DNA from: the human T2T-CHM13v2.0 reference genome, Homo sapiens
Assembly (NCBI RefSeq): GCF_009914755.1
Contig: NC_060932.1
Direction: 5' to 3' (one strand)
DNA length: 64,000 nucleotides
Below are positions 12,486 through 24,645 of this stretch, in pieces. The number at the start of each line of letters is the position of its first letter. Within the stretch, counting starts at the first letter, position 1. The notes below the pieces were generated by a model. It worked only from the letters and a program-made list of their open reading frames with translations, did not search any database and was not told the origin of the DNA. Made by a program: the position numbers and the translations under genes.

Positions 12486-14029
12486 CGTGCACAACTCTAC
12501 ATGCCAGGTCCTATTAGTACCTTATTTAACATATGAGGACACAATCCAGGAGTCAGGTGGCAGCTCAGCAGCAGCCTTGCCATCCAAACCCAGGCAGTCT
12601 GGCTGCAAAGTCCAGGCTCCTGAGCCTTACACTATCTTGCCTCTTTCTTCCTTGCAGGCAGAGATACAAGATCATTGTTTGTTTCTCTTTTAAGAAGGTC
12701 ATATAACCCTGTGACAGTGGGTAATCCTTCAAAATACACATTTATATTCTTGGGAGCAGACTTTTCTTGCTAATGGTCGAGCATGCTGGTTAGCCACCAT
12801 TTCTGCCAGCTGGCAAGCTTCCGGGTACATAATGTCTGGCGAAAGCAGAGGGAGGCAGGAGGGAAGGAAGAAGAGGACATGAATATCAGCATCGCCAACC
12901 CTTGCAGACATTCTATCCCCCATTGCTAGCCTAAATGATGAAAAAGAGGGGGTGCCCCAGCCATTGCATAAAGCTCCCTGGTATGTTTCCAGCTGGTGTT
13001 TCTGCTGGCCCCAAGAATTCACATCCAAATAAGGGAGACTGAGCTCTCTTCCTTAACCTTCACCTCGCTCTGTCTCATTAGTAGTATCTTTGAAATAAAC
13101 CATGTGTATTGATTTACCGAACTCCTGGTAATGAAGCTGGTGCTTACAGGACCCACAATGTAAAAAAGAGAGGTCAGAAGAGGACCTCTGCTGTTTCACT
13201 GAACTGAGCTCTGATGGGTTCACCACATCCTGCAAAATACATGCCTCAAATACAGCATCTGGTCCTCCAACATGCAGATGCAGGAAGTGGAAATTTTATA
13301 TATAGAACTATTACCATGGTGTCTTTGGAACTTGTGTGAACCATCACGCTCCTAATTGCCAGATGCCATGCAGCTTTGAGTTACATTTAGGAAATTATCA
13401 ACGCTGCCAAATTCACATTTAAAGACAATAACAAGGGGCACAGCAATATCAAGTAGGCTCGCAAATCAAATGCAAAATCAAATGAAATTCAGCCACAGAC
13501 CTTCTGTTTTCATGTTTGTTATGCTTTACCAGGTAACTGAATGTGAAAATAAACCCATGAGGATTCTGTATTTTTTAATGTAGAGCTACAGGTTACAAAT
13601 CAGTCAGCTTTTGGCAACACAATAGCGTTTCTGAATATTAATTGTTAACAATCTCTGAGCATTGAAATGATCTGAAATATCTTAGATTTTAAAATAAAAT
13701 CTTCAACTTTCTCTAGGTGATTAATGTCGGAATAGAAATTCACCAAACTTACTCTTTAAACTGAACCTTTAGAAAAACTCTTGCGACCCTAGCCCAAATG
13801 AACCAATGGCATTTTGTCATACTACCCTCAGCTTCTTCCACGTGTAACAGATGTCAGGGTTTGGTTTTCAAATGTTTGTCAGCTAAGTCCCCAGAGACCA
13901 CAACGTATGCTCATGTGTGGCCCTCAGGGCTGCTCAGTAACAAGAAAAAGAGTGGACCCCAGACTTTTGGCTCTGTTCTATCACATAATTTCTGAGGAGT
14001 TTCAAATTCAGTTAACTACTCAGCTTCCA

Positions 14030-14456
14030 TATAATGTGCCTCCCTAAAATTCATGTCCACTCAGAACCTCAGAATGTAAACTTATTTAGAAATAGTATCT
14101 TTGCAGATGTAATCTAGTTAAGATGAAGTCACACTGGAATAGGGTGGGCCCTAACTCCAGTCCTTATAAGAAGAGAAAACAGAAACAAAGACACATGGGA
14201 GAAGGCTATGTGATAAACAGGCAGCAATTGGAGCCATGTGTCCATCGTTTGTGAAACACCAAGGATTATGAGCAGCCTCCAGAACCTGGGAAGATTCAAG
14301 GAGGAACTCTTCCCGAGAACCTTCAGAGGGAGCCTGGCCCCACTGACACCTTGATTTCAGACTTCCAGTCTCCAAAACTGGGAGACAAACATTTCTGTCC
14401 TTCTAAGCCACCCAGTTTGCAGTGCTTCATTATAGCAGCCCTGGGAAACTAATACA
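14030..14456 (+). mobile_element. MLT1C-like LTR
   Basis: aattcatgtccactcagaacctcagaatgt...gcagccctgggaaactaataca. Confidence 0.85.
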
Positions 14457-14859
14457 GGAAACACTATCTGTTAAAGAGGTAGTGTTTTAAGGATTTATTC
14501 CTAAGTATTTGAAATCGGATCAATGGGAAATGCAAAATGAGTCTTTCCTCATTTTGTTCAACTTTCCTCTGAAAGAGAAAAAGGAACAAGTGTTTCCTCT
14601 GAGGTCACAGCTACAGACGCCAGCTAGGCACTGCCAGCCATCTGTCATTCTCCACTATTATGCTTTAAGGAGCAGAAGACTTTCTATGGTAAATAACAGA
14701 TAGAGAGCAAGCCCAGGGCCCCTTCTTCCAGCATGATCCTTGCTGTCTTCCAAGATGGCACCTGTGAGACTCTAGATCTGAGATCATCCTCATTGATGAA
14801 AGTGTCAAAATATAGAAGCATTTCTTTGCAAAAAAAGTTTAGAACCAGGCTGCAGAGAG

Positions 14860-15065
14860 TGATATTGGCATGCTACTTGTCACATCAATGAGCTTGCACT
14901 GGTTGTCTAGCCTTCTGAAGTCTCTATTTCATCTTTTATGAAATGGAAACAATGGCAATGCCTACCTCAGGATTATTTAGAGAGGTAAACAAGTTAAAAC
15001 CTGAAAAGTGTGTAGAACAATAGTCAGCTCACAAAAGCACTTAGTCAATAATAGCTGTTATTGTC
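14860..15065 (+). mobile_element. MIR
   Basis: MIR core and 3' end (tttcatcttttatgaaatgg...tacctcagg...caataatagctgttatt). Confidence 0.6.
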
Positions 15066-15954
15066 TAGGACAGTCCCAAATGTTCCAGAAGGAAAAGTTC
15101 AATATAGAGATTATCATTGCCTGGGAGACATTTGCTTCACCTTCTGTTTTCAAATGCTTGCAACATAGAAGACTGGAGTGAATCCAAGACAAGTGTTAAT
15201 ACGTTGTCCAGATCTTTTATCCCAACTGATGTAAAACCATGAAGCAAGATAGCTATCTATCTCTGGTAAATAATCTATGTATTCCCTTGGCACGAGCAGC
15301 TTCCATGGCTTTCTGATAACAGTGATAAGAAAATTATTTGTCCATTAGAAGAACACCTTTTTTATCTGCTTTCTTTCACTGTATGGACAGAGTGCTCTTG
15401 ACTTTTAGCCAAGACTTAGAATCAATTTGAAATGACACTGTTGATAGAGACAGCACCAAGTTTTCCTCCTGTGACACAGAAAATTCCAACTTCATAGGCA
15501 TCTGAACCAGCACTTTGTGAGGCTGATAGATGCCTTCATTATTCAGAAAACACAATTATCTTTACTGTGTGATCTGTCATGAATATTCTGACTTATTGAA
15601 TGTGATAGTTCCTAGTCTCCCACAGTATGTTAATTCTAGAAAAAAAGTTGGTCACACTTATAAGGAAGATCACCCATTTACTTATTGTGTTTCTCCATGA
15701 AAGTTGACTATTTGGCTTGTTTAGTTTCTTTGAACCCTGTATCGACTCATTTACTCAAAGCATAGAGCAAGAGAGTGAAACATCAAAGTTGGATGGTATC
15801 AACATTTCATTGCTTCAAGCTTACATCCAAATTTCACATGGTCTTCAGCTAAACTGCCTCAGGAGAGCTAAGAGCCCCTCTCTGTCTCCAAGTGAGTGCA
15901 GGTCCCTGCATTCAGTGGGCACCAAGTGAGCAAAGGAGCACATCTTCATTTTGC

Positions 15955-17335
15955 TTCTGGAGACTTCTGGTTTCTGGTCTGACACAAAAGAGCTTACATG
16001 TTATCACCTCTGTTCTCTGAAGAAGAAAGCTAAAAAAACTGAAAATCAATGACTCTTCTTAAATCCATCAGAAAATTGAGGTGACAAGACCAATTACTGA
16101 CTCAAAAGCTGGAAAGAGAAAGATATGGAGAACCAGAGTGTACTGAGCAAAAGCCCCAGCTAGTAGAAACACTTAAAGGGTGATGGACTAATTCCTAGAG
16201 GCTGAGAATGGACTACTTCAGTAGAGAAAAAACCCCTCAGGGCCCAGCTGTGGTGGTGATGGGGATACATGATGAGTTGCAACTCCAAGAGACTACCAGA
16301 TTCTCAAGGTGAAGATCAGAGAGAAAACCCTGCCTGATTTGAGCAAGGGGAAGGAAAGTAATCATTTTGAAATACACTTGGAGCATTTCAGTCTCATTAA
16401 TAGTGGTAAATCCTAAAGGAAAACTATGTTATTTCCTTAAGGAAAACTTAGATCAACTAAGATGGGTTTTACCAGAGCCTAACCAATGAGGGGGAAGGGA
16501 AACACAAAATCTCAGCCCCCGTTCCCCTCCTATCCCACCTAAGACGGTGAAAAAAGCATGAGGAAGCATTTGTGAAGATTACATCCCAGGAACATAGGCC
16601 CATTAAAAGACTGAGACTCAGTTATAGAACTACAAAACATTTAGCTTTCCCCCATACCTTACCACTGTATCAATAGAACACTTTTATAATAAGAGAGGAT
16701 TACAGATAAAAAGAACTGCAAGGCTCAGATTATTTTAGAAGACATCTGTAGGGAAACCAAAGACAACAGGGGAGTTGAAAACAAGGGCACTAGAAGAAAT
16801 TTTAGCCTCGGATACCTATAGCAACAGCAAACAGTAAACACAGCCTAACTCCTTCCTAGATAAATATAAAATTGCACACTAAAGGAATATTTACCTCGGT
16901 TTCCTTTACACAGTACACCATGTCTGGCTCAAAAAAACAAAAACAAAAACTCAGGGCATACTAAAAAGAAAAAACACAGACTAAAGAGGCAAATCAAGCA
17001 TCAGAATCAGACTGGGATGTGGCAGCAATTTTAGAATTATCAGACTAGGCATTTAAAATAATGGATTAATATGCTAATGGCTCTCATAGCAAAAGTAGGC
17101 AACATGCAAAAGCAAATGGGAAATGTAAACAGAGAGATGGAAACTCTAAGAAAACATAAAACTTAAACTTTAGAAATCGAAATGAAAGAACATCTTTGAT
17201 GGTCTCATTAGTAGACTTAACACAATTAAGGAAATCAGTGAGCTTGAAGATATGTTAATAGAAACTTCCCAAATGAAACGGCAATGAGAAAAAATAATGG
17301 GAAGAAAACAGAACTGAATATGTAATAGCACTAGA
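15955..17335 (+). mobile_element. Old L1M 5'UTR/ORF1 fragment
   Basis: A-rich, with ORF1-like remnants (ttagaattatcagactaggc, aacagagagatggaaactctaag, atcagtgagcttgaagat). Confidence 0.7.
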
Positions 17336-17339
17336 GGGA

Positions 17340-19190
17340 TTTTTTAATAGACTTTATTTTTTAGAACAAATTTAGACTTGCAGTAAAATTAAGAAAATGG
17401 TACAGAGATTTCCAGTATATCTTCTGCCCAGTTTCACTATTATGGGCATCTTACATTAGTAAGCATACATGTTACAATTAGTGAACCAATACTGATACAT
17501 AAGTATTCACTAAAGTCCATATATTTTTCCATTTTCTTAGTTTTTACCTAATTTTTTTTGTTTCGTGTCCCATCCAGAGTGCCGTGTTACATTTAGTCAT
17601 CATGTCTGTCTCCTTAGGCCCCTCTTACCTGTGACAGGTTTTCAGACTTCCCTTATTTTTGATAATCCTGATTGTTTTGAGGAGTACTATTTGGGCATTT
17701 TGTAGAATATCATTCTCTGGGGATTTGTCTGACGTTTTTATTATGTTGTAAACTTGAGTTATGGTTGTGCTGGGAGGAAGCCCAAGGCAAAATGCCATTT
17801 TATCACATCATATCAAGGGTACATACTGTCAACATGACTTGTCACCCTTGATGGTGACCTTGACCACCTGGCTGAAGAATCGTTTGCCAGGTTTCTCCAC
17901 CACAAAGTTACTCTTTTCCCCTGTTTCCATGCTATATTCTTTAGAAGGCAGCCATTCTGCACAGCCAATACTTAAGAGGTAGGGAATCATGCAATACCTC
18001 CTTGAGGGAGGAACATCTGCATAAAATATTTGGAATTTGTCTCTTTTCCCATTTATTTATTTGTTTAGTTATTTGTAGGCCAGTGTGGACTCATCAATAT
18101 TTCTATTACACTTTGGGTTATAATTCAATACTACTTTATTCTGTTGTTCAAATTGTTCCAGCTTTAGCCACGGGATATCTTTCAATTGGTTCCTGTATCC
18201 TCTGACATATCCCCAGAATTAGAAGATTATTTATTTATTTTGAGTATATCCTCAATTTCTGGCACTGGAAGACATTCCAGGCTAATCTTGTATATTGCCT
18301 GCCTCAGTCTTAGAATTGTTGCTCATGTCTTATATTGGAGAGTGGCATTAGAAACTATGATCTGAGCACTAAGTGTGCTCATTGCTACTGGGTGTCATTT
18401 TACTTAGATTCTCTCAGTTGACAGAGCAAGGAAATACATGTGTATATGATAGGTCATACACATACACATCTATAAATTTTTCTATATGTAATTATCTGGA
18501 TCTATATTAAGACAAACATGAGGTCATACTGATGTCTCCAATTCTAATCTATTACTACATGGATGATTCTAGTTCCCCTTGCTTGTCTGCAAATTCCTGT
18601 GCAACTAGGAAACCTGGCCCGTACATCTGCCATCCATTAACCTAATTGCTCAATTCCAATATACATGTGTCATAATAGCATGTATCCATCATTACAGTAA
18701 CAAATAAATTATTTCGCTGCCCTAAAAAATCCCTTGTGCGTCACCTATAATCTTCTCTCTCTCTCCTTGAACCTCTCATTACCATTGATCTCTTTAGTTT
18801 CACTCTAGTTTTGCCTTTTCCAGAATGTCATAAAATTTAAATCATACAGGATGCAGTCTTTTAAGAGTGGCTTCTGAAAGTGAGACTTGGAAATATGCAT
18901 TTTGGTATCATCCATGTCATTTCGTGGTTTGGTAGCTCTTTTTAAAAATCACTGACTAGTATTCCTTTATATGGATATGCTGCAGTTTATCCATTCACCT
19001 ATTAAAAGATATCTTGGTTGATCTAGTTTTTATCAAGTATGAATAAATCTGCTATTATGAATAAATATGCTATCAACATTCATGTGTGGGTTTTTAGATG
19101 AACCTAAGTTTTAAATACAGTTGGGTAAATACCTGGGAGTTCAATTGCCACATTGCATGGTAATCCAACTGTTTAGTTTTGTAAGGGAAA
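17340..19190 (-). mobile_element. L1MC-like 3' end
   Basis: ttttaatagactttattttttagaaca...aaatggtacagagatttcc...ttgccttttccagaatgtcat...gggtaaatacctgggagt. Confidence 0.8.
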
Positions 19191-19659
19191 AGAGGGTTAA
19201 TTTTTAAAATTACCCCCAGTACCAATGTTTTATGATCCTACCAAAATATAGGATTTATATCCATTCTATATCAATGGTTAATAATGATAAAATGCAAAAC
19301 ATGAATGGGAGGGAACATGAAAATGATGATATACTAGCACTATTTTTCCCCAGAGTATTCTTTTCAGTGAATTAATACTTTATCTCAACCAGCTCATTTG
19401 GGATTAACAATAAATTCACATAGGGAAATAGGTGCTGATCTCTGTGACTGCCACCTTAGACATCTTGAAACCTATCATTGTCTTTCAGGCTAACAGTCAT
19501 TAAGAAGTAATTCTCTTTTTTAGGGTTTCAGGGAGTATTCACTGGCCTATCTCTGGCAATCAGTGAGATGTGTTCATTCCAGCAATTTCAATGTTATATA
19601 GTCAGGTGACATTAGCCCAGTTGTTTATGAACTGTTGAGCAAAATGCAATCTGACTCTT

Positions 19660-22600
19660 TTAAAAAGAAAAAAACACAAACTTTTATTTTAACTTCAGAG
19701 GTACATGTGCAGGTTTGTTATATAGGTAAACTTGTGTCATGAGGGTTTGTTGTACAGATTATTTCACCATCCAGGTATTAAGCTAGTACTCAATAGTTAC
19801 TTATTTCTGATCCTCTCCTTCCTCCCACTCTCCACCTGCAAGTAGGCCCCAGTGTCTGTTGTTCCCTTCTTCGTGTCCATGTGTTCTCATCATTTAGCTC
19901 TCACTTGTAAGTGAGAACATGTGGTATTTAGTTTTCTGTTCCTGCATTAGTTTGCTAAGGATAATGGCCTCCAGTTCCATTCATGTTGCTGCAAAGGACA
20001 TGATCTTGCCCTTTATTATGGATGCATAGTATTCCATATGCACATGGTGTATATGTACCACATTTTCTTTATCCAGTCTACCATTAATGGGCATTTATGT
20101 CGATTCTTTGTCTTTGCTGTTGTGAATAGTGATGCAAAGATCATATGTGTGCATGTATCTTTGTGATAGAATGATTTATATTCCTTTGGGTATATAGCCA
20201 GTAATAGGATTGCTGGGTTGAAAGATAGCTCTGGTTTTAGCTCTTTGAGGAATAGCCACAATGCCTTCCACAATGGTTGAACTAAGTTACACTCCCACCA
20301 ACAATGTATAAGTATTTCCTTTCCCCCACAACCTCACCAGCATCTGTTACTTTTTGACTTTTTAATAATAGCCATTCTGACTGGTGTGAAATAGTATCTC
20401 ATCATGGTTTTGATTTGCATTTCTCTAATGATCAGTTATGTTAGGCTTTTTTTTCATATGCTTGTTGGCTGCATGTATGTTTTCTTTTGAAAAGTATCTG
20501 CTCATGTCCTTTGCCCAATTTTTAATGTTTTTTTCCTTGTAAATTTGTTTAATTTCATTGTTTACCCAAATGTCATTCAGAAGCAGGTTTTTCATTTCCA
20601 TGTAACTGTACAGTTTTGAGCAATTTTCTTAGTTTTAACTTCTATTTTAATTGCACTGTGGTCCAAGAGAGTGGTTGGTATGATTTCAGTTTTTTGTATT
20701 TGCTAAGGATTGTTGTATGTCCAATTATGTGGTTGATTTTAGGGTATGTGCCATGTGGCAATGAGATGAATGTATATGCTGTTGTTTTGGGATGGAGAGT
20801 TCTGTAGAGGTCTATTAGGTCCATTTGGTCCAGTGTTGAGTACAGGTCCTGAATGTCTTTGTTAATTTTCTGCCTCAATGATCTGTCTAATACTATCAGT
20901 GGGGTGTTGAAGTTTCCCACTATTATTGTGTGGGAGTCTAAATATCTTTGAAGGTCTCTAAGAAATTGCTTTATGAACCTGGGTGCTCCTGTGTTGGGTG
21001 CATATATATTTAGGATAGTTAGATCTTCTTGTTGAATTGAACCCTTTACCATATGTAATGCTCTTCTTTGTCTTTTTTGATCTTTGTTGGTTTAAAGTCT
21101 GTTTTGTCTGAAATTGGAATTGCAACCCCTGCTTTATTTCTGTTTTCCATTTGCTTGATAGATTTTTCTACAGCCCTTTATTTTGAGCCTATTGGTGTCA
21201 CTGCATGTGAGATGGGTCTCTTGAAGACAGCATAGAATTGGATCTTGCTTCTTTATCCAGCTTGCCACTCTGTGCCTTTTAACTGGGGCATTTGGTCCAT
21301 TTACATTCAAGGTTAGTATTGATATGTGTGAATTTTATCTTCCCATTGTTCTGTTAGCTGTTTATTATGCAGACTTGTTTATATGACTGCTTTATAGTGT
21401 GACTGATCTGTGTACTTAAGTGTCTTTTTGTAGTGTCTAGTAACTGTCTTTTCCATATTTAGTACTTCTTTCAGCAGCTCTCATAAGGCAGGTCTGGTGG
21501 TAATGAATTTCCTCAGTATGTACTTGTCTGAAAAGGATCTTATTTCTCCTTCACTTATGAAGCTTAGTTTGGCTGGATATGAAATTCTTTATTGGAACGT
21601 CTTTTCTTTAAGAATGTTGAATATAGCACCCCCGCCTCCCCATCTCTTTTGGCTTGTAGTGTTTCTGCTGAGGGATCCACTGTTAATCTGATGGGCTTCC
21701 CTTTGTAGGTGATTTGTCCTTTCTCCCTACCTATGTTTAACATTTTTTCTTTCATTTCAACCTTAGAGAATCTAATGATTATACATCTTGGGGATCATCT
21801 TTTTGTGAAGCATCTTGCAGGAGTTCTCTGTGTTTCCTGAATTTGAATGTTGGCCTCTCTAGCTAGGTTAGGGAAGTTCCCATAGATGATATCCTGAAAT
21901 ATTTTTTCCAAGTTGCTTCCATTCTCCTCTTTCAGGGATGCCAAAATATTGCAGATTTAGTCTCTTTACATAATCCCGTGTTTCTTTGAGTTTTTGTTCG
22001 TTCCTTTTCATTCTTTTCTTTATTCTTGTCTGACTGTCTTATTTCAGAAAGCCAGTCTTCAAGCTCTGAGATTCATTCCTCAGCTTGGTCTATTCTGCTG
22101 TTAATACAGGCAGTTGTATTATGAAATTCTTGTAGGGTGTTTTTCAGCTCTATCAGGTCAGTTATGTTGTTCTCTTCTGTACTGGTCATTTTCTCTGCCA
22201 GCTCATGTATCATTTTCTTGTGATTCTTAGCTTCCTTGGATTGGGTTTCAACATTCTCTGGAATCTTGATTATCTTCATTCCTATCCATATTTTGAATTC
22301 TATTTCCACCATTTCAGCCCAGTTATGAACCCTTGCTGGAGAATTAGTGTGGTCACTTGGAGGAAAGAAGGCACTCTGGCTTTTTGAGTTGTCAGAGTTC
22401 TTGTGCTGGTCCATTTTTGTCTTTGTGGACTTGTGTTCCTTCAGTCATTAAAGTTGCTGTTCTTTGAATGATTTTTTTTTCTTTTATCCTATTTTATGAC
22501 CTTGAGGGATTGATTGTGGTATAAGGTGGTTTTGGTCAACTGGCTTCATTTCTGGAAGATTTTAGGGGGCCAAGGCTCAGCTCAGGCCTCCTGGACTACA

Positions 22601-24109
22601 TTCTCTAATTCTGGGGGACTGGTATCTGGTCCTGGCTTTGTTCTATGGCCCTTGGAGGTTAGGAACCTGCTGTGCTAGAGGCTCCACGGTTGTCCCAGAC
22701 TACTGGTCACAACACTATGATGGGTGATGTCATCCAAATTGCTTCATGAGGTAGTGGCAGTGGGATCCATCCTTGTTTGCACATGCCAGCCTCAGCAGCA
22801 GTGGCATTATGGTGGGGTACAAACTCATCAGCTATGGTGGGGTGCCAGCAGGTGCCAGGGTGCCAGACTCTGAGTTTGGAGCAGCAGTGATGGCAGCATG
22901 ACATGGTGGGATGGGGTGAGGGGGACCCTACCAGCATGTGTGTGTGCATTCACACTGGAGGTGGTTATTAGCATGGCGGTGGGATGCTGCTGTGCACAGG
23001 ACTGTGTATGTCCTCTGTGTGAATTCCTGTATATGGCAGTTGCTGCTCAGTGTGGGAGTGTGTCCAGTGTTCTCTGTGCCTAGTTTTATGCCAACAGCAG
23101 TGTTGGCACAAGGGCAGGATGCTGGTGGGGGTGGGACTGGTAGGCTCCATGCCTGACAATGCTCTGACAGGTGCAGTGAGGGTAGGGAGGTAGGGTGCAC
23201 TCATGCTTCCAGCAGTAGCATGGCAGGGTGCATGTGCACATGTATGCTGACAAGGAAAGATAGGCAAGGTCCACTCGCTTACACACACACCAGCAAAGCA
23301 ATGTAGGGGATGTCCATGGGCAAATGCATGCAGGCAAAGCAGCACAGGGAAGGCTGCAGTGGGAATGAGAACATGAGTGTGTTGGTATATGCCCATGGGG
23401 GCTGCTCTGCTGGAGCTCTCCGCTGGTCAGCTGCCATCCACCAGGGCAGGAGCTATGATATGGCCCCTAGGAGGTACACAGCCCCCTCACCAGAACCCAA
23501 AGCTGCACTGCAAACAGGCGTGGTCAGGCTGGGGCCATGGAAGAGCCCAGGAGACTGAGGGATACTAAGGTCAGACTGGCTCCATCTCATGGACAAGACG
23601 CTCTGCTGAGCTCAGGTCCAACATTTCCCCTGGTGTTAAAGTCTCCTATGGGAGCAAGTCAAGCCTAAGGGGATGAGCATTCCTGGCAGTGCTCCACTGC
23701 AGACACTCTCACACCAAACCCTCTGGGCCACTGAGGCTGGAGTTCTGCCCCTACCATTTCTCTAAGCAGCTCTTCCTGCCAACTCAAGTGTCTGTGTTGG
23801 TCAAGGGGTCTCCTCCTGCCAGGGTTCCAGAGGACTTTGGTGACAGCAGGTTGTTCCTTGCCTGTTCAACTCACCCCTTCCCCAGGAGCCACTGGAGGCC
23901 AGGAATGAGTTCCAGTGCACAATAGCCCTGTGTGGGGTTCCCAGCTTCCTCTGCCTTCAGCCCAGCTTCTGTGTCTTCCCTCTGTCAACTCTCAATGCTT
24001 CCCTCTGAAGATCTGCTAGGAAGGGACCAGTCTTTCTGATGACCTGGTCCCTCACTGGCAGATGTTCCTCTTGGCGCCATTTAGTCGGCCATCTTGATTA
24101 TGTATATCA
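19660..24109 (-). mobile_element. L1PA13-16/L1PB-like element with 5' and 3' ends and a large ORF2 deletion
   Basis: 5' end CAAGATGGCCGACTA. ORF1 remnants at 21564-22414, endonuclease remnant at 20642-21052 (ILNIYAPNTGAPRFIKQ), ORF2 C-terminus at 20016-20273, and 3' UTR. 13-bp TSD caatctga(c/t)tctt at 19647-19659 and 24110-24122, with a TTTT/AA endonuclease site. Confidence 0.93.
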
Positions 24110-24245
24110 CAATCTGATTCTTAAAATTGAAACATTTTTGGAAAGAAACTCGATAAAATTTTGAAATTTTTAAAAATCTTAGTTTTCACAATGTTGTTTA
24201 AATTTGAATTAAATAATGTTACAGATTTTGAGATTCATTATGGAC

Positions 24246-24645
24246 TATATTCATTTGCTCAGGCTGCCATAGCAAAGTACCGCAGTGTGGGTGGCTTAAA
24301 CAACAAAAATCTATATTCTTACAATTCTGCAGGCTAGAAATCTCAGGTCAAGGTGTCAGCGGGATTGGTTTCTTCTGAGGCCTCCCTCCTTGGCTTGTAG
24401 ATAATCGTCTTCATATGCTCTTTCCTCTGTGTGTGTGTGTGTGTGTGTGTGTGTCCTAATGCCCTCTTTTTATAAGGACACTGGTCATATTGAATTAGAA
24501 CTCACACTAATGGATTCATTTTAACTTAATTATTTCTGTAAAGACTCTATTTCCAAATAAGGCCACATTCTGAGGTGCTGGGGGTTAGTGCTATACGGCA
24601 CATGAGTTTTTGGTGGGCAGAGAGGGGAATAGAATTCAGCCTAAT
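24246..24645 (-). mobile_element. MLT1A-like LTR containing (TG)n at ~24428-24453
   Basis: ggctgccatagcaaagtaccgcagtgtgggtggcttaaacaac...gaattcagcc. Confidence 0.8.
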
